Shown here piece after piece: positions 17,161 through 26,589 of a DNA stretch of 64,000 bases. Made by a program: the position numbers and the translations under genes. The notes under the pieces were generated by a model. That model saw only the letters and a program-made list of their open reading frames with translations. It did not search any database and had not been told where the DNA came from. Numbering within the stretch: the stretch's first letter is position 1; every line of letters begins with the position of its first letter. Source of the stretch: Dehalococcoidia bacterium (GTDB lineage Bacteria; Chloroflexota; Dehalococcoidia; Lucifugimonadales; UBA2985); NCBI GenBank assembly GCA_965222415.1, contig CBDCTU010000004.1, positions 256,702 to 320,701 on the forward strand, written 5' to 3'.

Positions 17161-18465
17161 CTAGACCGGCGTGCCGGTGAGGTGCGACCCCTGCATTTCG
17201 AGGAGTCTCGTTTCGGTGATGACGTTGCCCAGTTGCCGCGGGTCGTTCGCGTACACCCGTACGTAGTTGTCGGTCAGCCCTGACCAGAGCCATTGATCGC
17301 CGTCCTGCACCCGTTCCTCCCACAGGACGGGACGCACCTGGCCCAGAAGGCATCGGAGGAAGTCAGCGGCGTGGTTACGGGCCAGATCGAGTAGCAGATC
17401 CATGCGTCGCCCTTTGGTCACAGGATCAACCCTGTCTCCGAAATGGGCTGCGGATGTGCCGGGCCTTACGGAGTACGGGAAGACGTGTATGTTGGAAAAG
17501 CGCATCTCCCGACAGATCCCGTACGTCTCCTGGAACTCCTCCTCGCTCTCTCCCGGGAATCCCGTCAGTACGTCCGTTGTTATGGACGCCCCGGGATTTC
17601 CTGCGCGGATAAGCTCGACCGTTTGAGCGAAGCGCTCCGCCGTATACCGCCGTCTCATGCGCCGCAGCACGCTGTCGCTCCCGCTCTGGAGTGGGAGGTG
17701 AAAGTGCGGGCACAATCGAGGGTCCTCCCACAAGCCCAGCAGCCCCTCCCCTACCTCCTGAGGCTGAAGGGAGGACACCCGGATACGCGGAATAGTGGTC
17801 TTGCGCAGGATGTTTTCTACCAGGCGCTCAAGGCCGGCGCCGGGAATATCGAAGCCGTATGAGCCGAGCTGCGTGCCTGTGAGCACCACTTCCCGGAATC
17901 CCTCGTCCTCCAGCGCGTTGATCTGGGCTATCAGGTCGACCGGGGGAATGCTCCTCTCCCTGCCCCTGACCTTGGGCACTATGCAGTAGGCGCACACCTG
18001 GTTGCACCCCTCCTGGATTTTGACCATCGCTCTGGTGCGATGCACTGTTTCTTGCGCCCTCACCTCATCGACTACGTCCCCGACCGCGCAGGGAGTCGAA
18101 GCGTCTCTTCGAAGCTCCGTGACCTGCTGCACCAGCACGCCTTTATCGGTGTTGCCCAGCACCAGGTCGACCTCTTGCAGAGACTCCAGCTCCCCCCGCG
18201 AGCGTTGTGCGTAGCAGCCCGTCGCCACGATGAGAGAATCGGGATTGCTTCTGCGGGCAGCCCTGAGAGTGCGGCGAGCCTTGCGGTCTGCAACGTGGGT
18301 GACGGTGCACGTGTTCAGAACGTATACATCGGCGGGCTGTCCGGCGTCCACAACCAGGTATCCGGCGGCGGCGAAACGCCGGGCCAGCGCCTGGGAGTCG
18401 GCCTGGTTCAGCTTGCACCCCTGGGTTTCGATAGCTACGGTGGGTAAAGGCGTCTGGTGAGTCAC
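17161..18465 (-). CDS. mtaB: tRNA t6A37 methylthiotransferase MtaB (radical SAM MTTase)
   Basis: MTTase N-domain VAIETQGCKLNQ and radical-SAM CNQVCAYC. I place the start at GTG 18465 because a strong promoter lies inside the longer track ORF (17161-18714). Confidence 0.8.
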   Translation of the reverse strand: MTHQTPLPTVAIETQGCKLNQADSQALARRFAAAGYLVVDAGQPADVYVLNTCTVTHVADRKARRTLRAARRSNPDSLIVATGCYAQRSRGELESLQEVDLVLGNTDKGVLVQQVTELRRDASTPCAVGDVVDEVRAQETVHRTRAMVKIQEGCNQVCAYCIVPKVRGRERSIPPVDLIAQINALEDEGFREVVLTGTQLGSYGFDIPGAGLERLVENILRKTTIPRIRVSSLQPQEVGEGLLGLWEDPRLCPHFHLPLQSGSDSVLRRMRRRYTAERFAQTVELIRAGNPGASITTDVLTGFPGESEEEFQETYGICREMRFSNIHVFPYSVRPGTSAAHFGDRVDPVTKGRRMDLLLDLARNHAADFLRCLLGQVRPVLWEERVQDGDQWLWSGLTDNYVRVYANDPRQLGNVITETRLLEMQGSHLTGTPV

Positions 18466-18474
18466 AGCAGTGGC

Positions 18475-18503
18475 ATTATAGTGACAACGTGTTTCACAGA
18501 CAA
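18475..18503 (-). promoter_or_regulatory. sigma70-type promoter for mtaB (TTGTCT-17 nt-TATAAT)
   Basis: On the minus strand, TTGTCT (18503-18498), a 17-nt spacer, then TATAAT (18480-18475). Only 9 nt separate the -10 from GTG 18465, so the mRNA would be leaderless or nearly so. Confidence 0.5.
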
Positions 18504-18545
18504 CGCCGCTTTCGGAAAGGGGTTCGGGCTTGCGTTGCAGGTTAT

Positions 18546-18575
18546 TTACAACTTGCATAAGGGGTCTGGTACAAT
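18546..18575 (+). promoter_or_regulatory. candidate promoter for fabF (TTACAA-18 nt-TACAAT)
   Basis: TTACAA at 18546-18551 and TACAAT at 18570-18575. The -35 is weak and the call is sequence-only. Confidence 0.3.
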
Positions 18576-18646
18576 ACTCACAATATACTGCCGTGGGAGG
18601 CAGCATTCTCAAGTAGCTGCGCTGCTTTTTGAAAGGAATCAGACGA

Positions 18647-19888
18647 GTGACAAAACGAGTAGTAATTACAGGGCTGGGGATCATTAGCCCGGTTGGTCTA
18701 AGCGCCGTCACCACTTGGGAGTCCCTTCTGGCGGGAAGGTCCGGCGCGGACTACATAAGCGATTTTGACCCCGAGCCCTTTCAGACTAAGATCGCAGCCG
18801 AGGTCAAGGGATTCGAGCCTACGGATTTTCTCGACCGCAAGGAGGCCAGGCGGATGGACCGGTTTGTCCAGTTCGCGGCCGTGGCTTCCCAGGAGGCCGT
18901 GGCCCATGCCGGCCTGGACCTGGGCAAAGAGAACGCCGAGAGGGTGTCAGTTATGATAGGCAGCGGGATTGGTGGCATACGCACACTGTCTGAGGGCTTC
19001 GAGACGATGTTTCAGAAGGGGCCGTCCAGGGTCAATCCCTTTCTCATACCTATGATGCTTGGAGACATGGCTTCCGGAAGGGTGTCCATGCTGATGGGAG
19101 CCAAGGGCCCCAACTACAGTGCCCTATCCTCCTGCTCGACCGGGGCGGACACCATCGGAGAGGCCTCATTGGTGATCCAGAGGGGCGACGCCGACGTCGC
19201 CATCACCGGAGGCAGCGAGGCTGCCATATGCCCCATCGGTATAGCGGGATTCAACGCCTGCAACGCCCTGTCCAGCAGGAACGACGATCCACAGAGAGCT
19301 TCCCGCCCCTTCGATGCCGGCCGCGATGGATTTGTGATGGGCGAGGGGTCCGGCATTCTTATTCTTGAGAGCCTGGAGCACGCTCTGGACAGGGGCGCCA
19401 CTCCTCTGGCCGAGCTTGTAGGGTACGGCGCCACTGCCGACGCCTACCACATAACCCAACCCGCGCCGGAGGGAGAGGGAGGGGCAAGGGCCATGAGAAT
19501 GGCCCTGAAGAAGGCCGGGCTAAGCCCCAAAGATGTCGATTATATCAACGCCCACGGCACATCCACTCCAATGAACGACAAATTCGAGACAATGGGCATC
19601 AAGTCCGTCTTTGGCGAGGAGGCCTACAAGATACCAATCAGCTCTACCAAGTCTATGACAGGCCATCTCCTGGGGGCTGCCGGAGCGCTGGAGGCCGCCA
19701 TAGCCGTCCTGGCTATCCGCAACGGCGCCATACCACCCACCATCAACCTGGAGGAGCCCGACCCGGACTGCAACCTGGACTACACGCCTTACACGCCGCG
19801 CCGGGGCAGGGTGACGACCGCCATATCCAACTCCCTGGGTTTCGGTGGTCACAACACCTGCCTTGCCTTCAGGAGCTATGAGGGCTAG
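18647..19888 (+). CDS. fabF: beta-ketoacyl-ACP synthase II
   Basis: KRVVITGLGIISPVG start, active-site Cys in LSSCSTGA, and NAHGTSTP and GHLLGAAG motifs. GTG 18647 lies 9 nt after AAGGA; the track ORF starts at TTG 18629. Confidence 0.9.
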   Translation: MTKRVVITGLGIISPVGLSAVTTWESLLAGRSGADYISDFDPEPFQTKIAAEVKGFEPTDFLDRKEARRMDRFVQFAAVASQEAVAHAGLDLGKENAERVSVMIGSGIGGIRTLSEGFETMFQKGPSRVNPFLIPMMLGDMASGRVSMLMGAKGPNYSALSSCSTGADTIGEASLVIQRGDADVAITGGSEAAICPIGIAGFNACNALSSRNDDPQRASRPFDAGRDGFVMGEGSGILILESLEHALDRGATPLAELVGYGATADAYHITQPAPEGEGGARAMRMALKKAGLSPKDVDYINAHGTSTPMNDKFETMGIKSVFGEEAYKIPISSTKSMTGHLLGAAGALEAAIAVLAIRNGAIPPTINLEEPDPDCNLDYTPYTPRRGRVTTAISNSLGFGGHNTCLAFRSYEG

Positions 19889-19909
19889 GGGCGTACTAGC
19901 GCTCAAGTT

Positions 19910-19997
19910 CCCGCTAATGGTGAACCGGTCGAACCATATGAGCGGCACATTGTGTTGTCATCTCGCTCACTCCCTTCGACAAGCTCAGGGTGAGCGG
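19910..19997. repeat. REP-like hairpins (SLSNH / FDKLRVSG-type)
   Basis: CCCGCTAATGGTGAACCGGTCGAACCATATGAGCGG (19910-19945), related to 29887-29923. Imperfect hairpin GCTCACTCCCTTCGACAAGCTCAGGGTGAGC (19965-19995). Confidence 0.7.
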
Positions 19998-20047
19998 GCA
20001 AACCGGAGCATGGCAATAGTCGAAACCGTGCAACGGACGGACAAACC

Positions 20048-21739
20048 TTGACCGGCCATAGGGTGTGGCGGGTAGCGTCCCGCGCTCCCGCCGACGTGAA
20101 CGCCAGGCTGTCCGCCTACTCCCCGTTGGCGGCCCAGCTCCTCTACAACCGGGGCGTAACCGATCTGCCCTCGTCCAAAGCCTTCCTCTCCACAGACGAG
20201 AAACTGTTGGAAGACTCCCTCCTCCTTCCCAACATTCAGTCCGCCGTATCCAGGGTTCACCGCGCCCTCCGCGACGGCGAGACCATTGGTATATTCGGGG
20301 ATTTCGACGCCGACGGCGTCACCGCCACAGCCCTGCTGGTGGAGGGCCTCGCCAGGCTGGGCGGTAGGGTAATTCCCTATTTGCCGCACCGTGTGAAGGA
20401 GGGCCACGGCCTGAACTCGCAGGCCGTTCACGCCCTCCACGAGCAGGGAGTCACTCTGCTTGTCACTGTGGACTGCGGCGTCACTTCTGTCGACGAGGTG
20501 AGCGAGGCTGCATCACTGGGCATGGATACCGTCATCACTGACCACCACACTCCCCTACCCCGTCTCCCCGACGCCTGTGCGATTGTGAATCCCAAGCTGG
20601 ACGGCTCCACTTATCCCTTCCCACACCTGGCGGGCGTGGGACTTGCGTTCAAGCTGGTGACAGCCCTGTACGCCTACATGGACAGGTCGTGGGACGAAAC
20701 ACTGCTGCAACTGGCTGCTCTTGGCACTGTGACCGACGTGACGCCCCTGGTGGGCGAAAACCGCTACATTGTGGCAGCGGGCCTGCGCTCCCTCAACACC
20801 AACCCCAGGCCGGGCTTGAAGGAGCTCCTTCGGCTGGCCGGCCTGGAGGCCGGTGAGCTGGACACGGAGACGATAGCCTACACGCTGGGGCCGCGCCTCA
20901 ACGCCCCGGGCAGGCTGGAGCACGCCAGTAAAGGCTATGACCTCCTGCGCGCCGCGTCCACGGAGGAAGCGGCTCCCCTGGCACGCGAAATGGAGCGCAT
21001 GAACCGGGAGCGCCAGGGCCTGACCCAGAAGGCCCAGGACGCGGCAAAGCGCCTGATGGGCATCGAGTCTCCCACTGCGCCTATAACTGTCCTTTGGAGC
21101 GAGGAATTCCAACCGGGGATAGTGGGGCTGCTGGCGAGCCGTCTGGTGGAGGAGAGATGGCGGCCTGCTGTGGTGGTGGCCCTGGACGAAGACCTGGGCA
21201 GGGGCAGCTGCCGTAGCATCCCTGAGTTCGACCTTGCATCCGCGTTGACGGAGTGCGGCGACCTCTTCGATCGATTTGGCGGCCATCCCAGGGCTGCGGG
21301 TTTCGTCATACCCAGGGAGAAACTCCCCTTGCTGAAGGAGCGGCTGGAAGCGATAGCCGTCAGGGAGCTTTCGGGTATGGACTTGCAGCCTGCCATAGAC
21401 ATCGATGCGCACGTACGCATATCGTCACTTATGGGCGACAACTTCCGTTTTCTCCAGAGCCTGGCGCCTTACGGGGAGGCCAACCCCAAGCCGGTGTTCC
21501 TGACAAAGGGAGTGAAGGTGCTTGACGCCCAGCCTGTGGGCGCTCAGGGCAATCACCTGCGGTTGAAGCTGCACCACGAGGGATCGGTGTGGGCCGGAAT
21601 GGCCTTTGGCTTAGGGGCGGACTGGAGCGGGGAAACGGAACTCCTGGACATTGTCTACAGCCTGAGCGTCGATACCTGGGGAGGGTCAAGGACCCTTAAG
21701 CTGATTATCGAGGACTTCCAGGCTAGCCGGAGCGCCTGA
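20048..21739 (+). CDS. recJ: single-stranded-DNA-specific exonuclease RecJ
   Basis: 563 aa with DHH-family motifs IFGDFDADGVTA and VITDHH and a DHHA1-like GGHPRAAG. Confidence 0.9.
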   Translation: MTGHRVWRVASRAPADVNARLSAYSPLAAQLLYNRGVTDLPSSKAFLSTDEKLLEDSLLLPNIQSAVSRVHRALRDGETIGIFGDFDADGVTATALLVEGLARLGGRVIPYLPHRVKEGHGLNSQAVHALHEQGVTLLVTVDCGVTSVDEVSEAASLGMDTVITDHHTPLPRLPDACAIVNPKLDGSTYPFPHLAGVGLAFKLVTALYAYMDRSWDETLLQLAALGTVTDVTPLVGENRYIVAAGLRSLNTNPRPGLKELLRLAGLEAGELDTETIAYTLGPRLNAPGRLEHASKGYDLLRAASTEEAAPLAREMERMNRERQGLTQKAQDAAKRLMGIESPTAPITVLWSEEFQPGIVGLLASRLVEERWRPAVVVALDEDLGRGSCRSIPEFDLASALTECGDLFDRFGGHPRAAGFVIPREKLPLLKERLEAIAVRELSGMDLQPAIDIDAHVRISSLMGDNFRFLQSLAPYGEANPKPVFLTKGVKVLDAQPVGAQGNHLRLKLHHEGSVWAGMAFGLGADWSGETELLDIVYSLSVDTWGGSRTLKLIIEDFQASRSA

Positions 21740-21757
21740 GGCTGCCGCAGCGACCTT

Positions 21758-22585
21758 CTAGTGCCACGGGCGCCATCTGCCGCCCATTGACGTGTGTTCC
21801 ATCTCGTCCCGCGGCACCAGGCGCCCCACAAATATTAGAAGAGGCAGAGCAATCCCTATCACTACGATAGCGATGATGTGCGCCTCCTGGAGGCCGGCAA
21901 ACCAGACCTTGTCTTCTCGCAGAAAGCTGATGAAAAACCGCCCGAAAGAGTACAGGCCAATGTACATGGCAAAGAGCATGCCGTCCGGCCGTATGCGTCC
22001 TCGCATCTTCCAGACTATGGCGAGCACCACCATATTCCATATCATCTCGTAGACGATTACGGGGTGAGAGGCAAGCATTCGGTGCACTTGGTAGGAAAGG
22101 CTGTCAGGGTGGCTGTACACGAATCCCCAAGGCAGGTCCGTGACTTTTGAGATGTGCTCCCCGTTGATGATGTCGCCAATCCTGCCTACGGTCTGGCCTA
22201 TCAGAATGGCCGGCGCTGCCAGGTCAGCCAGCTTCCCGATGGGATAGCCCTGGATCTTGGCGTACAAGACTCCGGCCAGCAGGCCGCCTATTATGGCTCC
22301 GAAGAGGGCGATGCCGCCACTCCAGATGGCGAGGATCTCTGCGGGGTTGTTGCCGTAGACGTCCCATCTGTCTATGACGTGGAATACCCGCGCGCCCAGG
22401 ATACCTCCGATGATGGCCCAGATGGCGGTGGCGTAGACTACGTCCGGCTCTATATCCTCTGACCGGGCCCAACGGGCCACCAGAATCACTGAAATCACTA
22501 CGGCTACAAACGAAAAAAAGCCGTGCCAGGTCAGGATAAAGTTCCCGGCCTGAAATATGTTAGGGTCCATTCCAATGTGGAACAT
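21758..22585 (-). CDS. lgt: prolipoprotein diacylglyceryl transferase
   Basis: 275 aa polytopic membrane protein with WHGFFSFVAV, GARVFHV and GRIGDIINGEH. Confidence 0.85.
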   Translation of the reverse strand: MFHIGMDPNIFQAGNFILTWHGFFSFVAVVISVILVARWARSEDIEPDVVYATAIWAIIGGILGARVFHVIDRWDVYGNNPAEILAIWSGGIALFGAIIGGLLAGVLYAKIQGYPIGKLADLAAPAILIGQTVGRIGDIINGEHISKVTDLPWGFVYSHPDSLSYQVHRMLASHPVIVYEMIWNMVVLAIVWKMRGRIRPDGMLFAMYIGLYSFGRFFISFLREDKVWFAGLQEAHIIAIVVIGIALPLLIFVGRLVPRDEMEHTSMGGRWRPWH

Positions 22586-22733
22586 CCAGACGCCAACCTT
22601 TCCCCTTCAGATGGTAACAGGGAGGATTCTACATTTGGGCTATAAGGCTGTCAAGGAAACCTTGGGCCTATTGGTTGCTATTAAGAACGATGTGGTAGAA
22701 TATGCTCCATCAAGTCTCACAGGCGAGAGTATT

Positions 22734-23741
22734 ATGAGGGAAATGGTAAGAGCCTTTCTGGACTACCTCACATCTGAGAGGGGGTTGTCCGGCAATACGG
22801 TCGCCGCCTACGGCAGCGACCTGAACCAGTTGGTGGACCTGATGGAGGAGCGCGGCTTCAATGGAGACTGGGATTCGATGGACACCTCCCTGCTAACCAA
22901 CTACGTTTTGGAGCTTCAGGAGAGGGGCTACTCGGCCACCACCCGCGCCAGGAAGATAGCATCACTGAAATCCATGTTCAACTTCCTGGTGGAGGAAGGG
23001 GTCGTCGAAGAGGACCCGACGGAGTCGCTCTCCTCTCCTCGCATAGGCCGGGCGCTGCCCAAGTCCCTCAGCGAAGAGGAGATGGCCCTGCTGCTTCGGG
23101 AGGCGTACGCCGGAGAGACCGTCGAGGCCCGGAGAGACGTGGCGATGATAGAGTTGATGTACGCCTCCGGGATGAGGGTAAGCGAGTTGGTCTCCCTTGC
23201 CGTGGGAGACCTGAACGTGAGGGAGAAGTACGTGCGCTGCTTGGGGAAGGGCTTCAAAGAGCGACTGATTAGCCTGCACGACCAGGCTGTAGACACGGTT
23301 GATGCGTATCTGACGGAGGTCAGGCCGGAGATACTTGCTCCACGCGGCAAGGACGGTGAGAAGGAGGACGCTCTGTTTCTCAACCACCGCGGTGAGCGTC
23401 TGACTCGACAGGGCTTCTGGCTTATCCTGAAGGGCTACGGACGCAGGGCGGGCATTCGCATCCCCATCACTCCGCACACCCTGAGGCACAGCTTCGCCAC
23501 GCACATGCTGCGCGGTGGAGCGCCCCTGCGGTATCTTCAGGAGCTCCTGGGCCACGCCAGCATATCCACAACCCAGGTGTACACCCACCTGGCCGAAGAC
23601 CAGGTGGAGAGAGACTACAACTTGGCCCATCCAAGGGCCTGGCGGAGAGCGGCAGATGAAGATAGCTGTCGGAAGCGACGAGAGAACTTCCCTGACGGAC
23701 GCGGTAGTGGGAGAGTTGAAGGCCAAGGGGATGTCGGTTGA
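22734..23741 (+). CDS. tyrosine site-specific recombinase, XerC/XerD family
   Basis: Start at ATG 22734 (MREMVRAFLDYLTSERGLSGNTVAAYGSDL). Catalytic region HTLRHSFATHML and LGHASISTTQVYTH. The 3' tail overlaps rpiB by 86 nt. Confidence 0.85.
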   Translation: MREMVRAFLDYLTSERGLSGNTVAAYGSDLNQLVDLMEERGFNGDWDSMDTSLLTNYVLELQERGYSATTRARKIASLKSMFNFLVEEGVVEEDPTESLSSPRIGRALPKSLSEEEMALLLREAYAGETVEARRDVAMIELMYASGMRVSELVSLAVGDLNVREKYVRCLGKGFKERLISLHDQAVDTVDAYLTEVRPEILAPRGKDGEKEDALFLNHRGERLTRQGFWLILKGYGRRAGIRIPITPHTLRHSFATHMLRGGAPLRYLQELLGHASISTTQVYTHLAEDQVERDYNLAHPRAWRRAADEDSCRKRRENFPDGRGSGRVEGQGDVG

Positions 23742-24123
23742 ACTCGTGGGCGCCCTTGAGGAGGGCGACGACCCCGCGTGGCCGGAGGTGGGGCGCAGCG
23801 TGGCCGAAAGGGTGTCGAGCGGAGAGGCGGACCAGGGCATCCTCTTCTGCTGGACAGGGACTGGTGTGAGCATAGCTGCAAACAAGGTTCCCGGCGTGCG
23901 TGCGGCCCTCTGCACAGACGCCTCCACAGCCTCCGGAGCCCGTCTATGGAACCACGCCAACGTTCTGGTCATGGGACTGCGGCTCACCTCGCCGGAGGTA
24001 GCGCTTGAGATGCTCAACGCCTGGTTCTCCACGCCCCCGGGCGACGGAGAGAAAGCCGAGTTGGTGGACAGGCTGGAGGCCATCGACAAATCGTACAGAT
24101 TCGCGGATAGAAACTCAACGTAG
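23656..24123 (+). CDS. rpiB: RpiB/LacA/LacB family sugar-phosphate isomerase
   Basis: MKIAVGSDERT start at ATG 23656 and GILFCWTGTGVSIAANK motif. Confidence 0.8.
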   Translation: MKIAVGSDERTSLTDAVVGELKAKGMSVELVGALEEGDDPAWPEVGRSVAERVSSGEADQGILFCWTGTGVSIAANKVPGVRAALCTDASTASGARLWNHANVLVMGLRLTSPEVALEMLNAWFSTPPGDGEKAELVDRLEAIDKSYRFADRNST

Positions 24124-24237
24124 GAAAATATTCCAAATTCCGCCCGGTGTGTCTTCCATTATTGCCCTATCGTCATATATGCTGTGAGTATACCGGTAAG
24201 CCTAACCGCTTGAAGCGATAAACTGAAGGAGAGTCTA

Positions 24238-24585
24238 ATGCCTAAGAAATCGCGGCGAGTTGCCGTGAGACAGGCGGAGCTAGGCCAGAGAAAACGAAGG
24301 CTCCACAGGGCTGGAACGCAGGCCGCGGACCAGGGCCCAGAGGCGCAGGTCAGCGCCCCCACTGTCCAGAGCACAGAACCGATAGCCGCTACTTCGGAGG
24401 CCACGGCGGTCTCGCAGATTGCCGTCGTACCGGAAACGCCGAGAAGCGCCCCACAGCCGGCACCCACCCCCACCACTGTTGCCCGCGCCGCTGCGCCCTA
24501 CATGTGGCCTGAGCTGAGACGGATCGGGGTCATAGCGGGGCTGATGCTGGTGATCCTGGCAGTTCTCACTGCTGTGCTGAGATAG
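24238..24585 (+). CDS. hypothetical protein, basic N-terminus and C-terminal TM anchor
   Basis: AAGGAGAG lies upstream of the ATG. Arg/Lys-rich start, a Pro/Ala/Thr-rich linker, and a single hydrophobic helix IGVIAGLMLVILAVLTAVL. Confidence 0.45.
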   Translation: MPKKSRRVAVRQAELGQRKRRLHRAGTQAADQGPEAQVSAPTVQSTEPIAATSEATAVSQIAVVPETPRSAPQPAPTPTTVARAAAPYMWPELRRIGVIAGLMLVILAVLTAVLR

Positions 24586-24686
24586 GCTCCGGTGCGTGCC
24601 GGCCCCGCGGTAAATGGGCAACCGCGGCGCTCTGGCGTGTAGTGACTTCGAGCTGACGGCGGGTCTGAAGTAGGGAACTGAGACGT

Positions 24687-25094
24687 ATGGACGTATTTAT
24701 TACGAGCCTGAGACTACTGACAGGGCTGGCGCTCGTAATAGTCTCCTTTGGGGTATTCCTACCCTATTCTGTTAGGCCCGAGCGCTTTTTTATCAAGAGA
24801 CTCAGGCCGACGAGCGGTCGCAAGATCACCCATCGGCAGCTTCTCGCCAGAGCTTTTATTGGGGCCGGACTTCTTCCCGCCGGCGCCTGGATGCTCGGCT
24901 ACCTGCTGATTGTCCGTAACGTTACCGGCATGTCGCTGCGAGATCAGATTACGGTGTGGCTTACAGTGACCTTGGTCGGAGGTCCGATTATGGGATCTTT
25001 CGTCTATTCACACCTCAGACTCCGGAGATACCACAGGCTAATCCCTGGCAAGCCGGCGAACTTGGAGGCAGGTTTTGTGCTACGTAAGCCGTGA
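24687..25094 (+). CDS. hypothetical membrane protein (about 4 TM)
   Basis: Hydrophobic segments throughout. Its stop is 3 nt before the NUDIX gene start. Confidence 0.5.
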   Translation: MDVFITSLRLLTGLALVIVSFGVFLPYSVRPERFFIKRLRPTSGRKITHRQLLARAFIGAGLLPAGAWMLGYLLIVRNVTGMSLRDQITVWLTVTLVGGPIMGSFVYSHLRLRRYHRLIPGKPANLEAGFVLRKP

Positions 25095-25097
25095 GCA

Positions 25098-25559
25098 ATG
25101 AAACACAGGATTAGAGCCGCGTCCCTGGTTGTCCAGAACGACAGGCTCCTGCTCGTAAAGTCACGTATCCCCCAGTCGGGTGAGATATGTTGGATACCTC
25201 CCGGCGGAGGGCTGGCGGGTGACGAGTCCATTTTCGATTGCGCCCGGCGGGAGACTTTTGAGGAAGCCGGGATCGCCGTTGACCTCGACAGGGTGGTCTA
25301 CCTGGGACAGTTCGTCGATGAATACTTCGACACACACAACTTTGAGGTGTTCATCCTGTGCAGCTCCTTCTCCGGGGATCTCACTATAGAGAACAACGTC
25401 GGAGAGCCCGACGCGATGGACGTTCTTGAAGCGAGGTTCCTGTCCCGGCAGGAAATGAGAGACGTTATAGTGTACCCGGAGCTTTTGAAAGACGAATTCT
25501 GGGAAGACCTTGCAAGAGGCTTTCCGGAGGTCAGGTACTTTGGCGTCCGGAGCGGCTAG
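25098..25559 (+). CDS. NUDIX hydrolase
   Basis: Nudix box GGGLAGDESIFDCARRETFEEAGI. Confidence 0.85.
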   Translation: MKHRIRAASLVVQNDRLLLVKSRIPQSGEICWIPPGGGLAGDESIFDCARRETFEEAGIAVDLDRVVYLGQFVDEYFDTHNFEVFILCSSFSGDLTIENNVGEPDAMDVLEARFLSRQEMRDVIVYPELLKDEFWEDLARGFPEVRYFGVRSG

Positions 25560-25585
25560 CTGAAGACGAGATCGTGTCCCGGCGG

Positions 25586-26491
25586 CTAGCGCAGGGATTT
25601 GGGAAGAAGGAAGCTGACGTTCTCCTCCATCACTTCCAAGCTGCGGACGGCTGTGGGTTTCAGATACTCAACCACTCTGTTGACCAGCAGCTCGGGGGTA
25701 GAAGCGCCGGAGGTGATCCCCACGCGCTCTGCACCCTTCAGCCAGGAATCCTGAATCTCATCAGGTCCGTTTATCAGATAGGCCGGCGCCCCCTCAGCCT
25801 CTGCGACTTCCCTCAGCCTGGCGCAGTTTGAGGAGTTCTGCGCTCCAATCACCAGCACGAGGTCCACGTCGCCTGAGATCGCCTTTACCGCCGCCTGCCG
25901 GTTGCTGGTAGCGTAGCAGATGTCGTTGCGGGTCAGCATGTTCGGGAATCGCTCTTCCAGCGTCTTGACGACGTCTGCGGTGTCGTCAACACTGAGGGTG
26001 GTCTGGGTCAGAACAACAACCTTGTCCGGGTCCGGAACCTCGACGCTGCGGGCTCGCTCCACGTCCTCCACAAGCAGTGACACGTCAGGCGCCTCTCCCA
26101 TCGTGCCCATGACCTCGTCGTGGCCCTTGTGGCCTATCAGAAGGATAGAGTAGCCCTCTCTGGCGTACTTCAAGGCTTCCAGGTGGACCTTGGTGACCAG
26201 TGGACAGGTGGCGTCAATCACCTTCAGCCCCCGCTCGCGGCTGTCCTGCCAGACGGCCGGAGACACCCCGTGCGCGCTGAAAACTACCATCTGCCCCTCA
26301 GGGACTTCGGCTAGTTCCTCGACGAAGACGGCGCCCTTGTCTCGAAGCTCGGAGACAACGTACGGATTGTGCACTATCTCGCGTCGGACGTATATCGGCT
26401 TGCCGAACCGCTCCAGGCAGAGGTCAACCACATCAACGGCCCGGATGACGCCGGCGCAGAATCCCCTGGGTGCAGACAGCAAGACTTCCAT
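25586..26491 (-). CDS. ispH: 4-hydroxy-3-methylbut-2-enyl diphosphate reductase
   Basis: 301 aa with PRGFCAGVIRAV, EIVHNPYVV and typical LytB length. Confidence 0.9.
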   Translation of the reverse strand: MEVLLSAPRGFCAGVIRAVDVVDLCLERFGKPIYVRREIVHNPYVVSELRDKGAVFVEELAEVPEGQMVVFSAHGVSPAVWQDSRERGLKVIDATCPLVTKVHLEALKYAREGYSILLIGHKGHDEVMGTMGEAPDVSLLVEDVERARSVEVPDPDKVVVLTQTTLSVDDTADVVKTLEERFPNMLTRNDICYATSNRQAAVKAISGDVDLVLVIGAQNSSNCARLREVAEAEGAPAYLINGPDEIQDSWLKGAERVGITSGASTPELLVNRVVEYLKPTAVRSLEVMEENVSFLLPKSLR

Positions 26492-26589
26492 GACTACCTC
26501 CAGTAGGCATTATAAGAGAAGAGGTTTCAAAAGCAAAGCGTAGCCGGCGATGACTCAGGTTGAAGAATTTGCAAGAAAGAGCCGGTCAC

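Noticed and set aside
22557-22733. N-terminal extensions of track ORFs (xer 22557, yvcK 44196, yggS 38658, B-box 52879, integrase 55590, vWA 41034).
   Set aside because: In each case homology begins at an internal ATG. Where I checked (integrase ATG 55299), an SD-like purine run precedes that ATG. The extensions overlap neighbouring genes or promoters.
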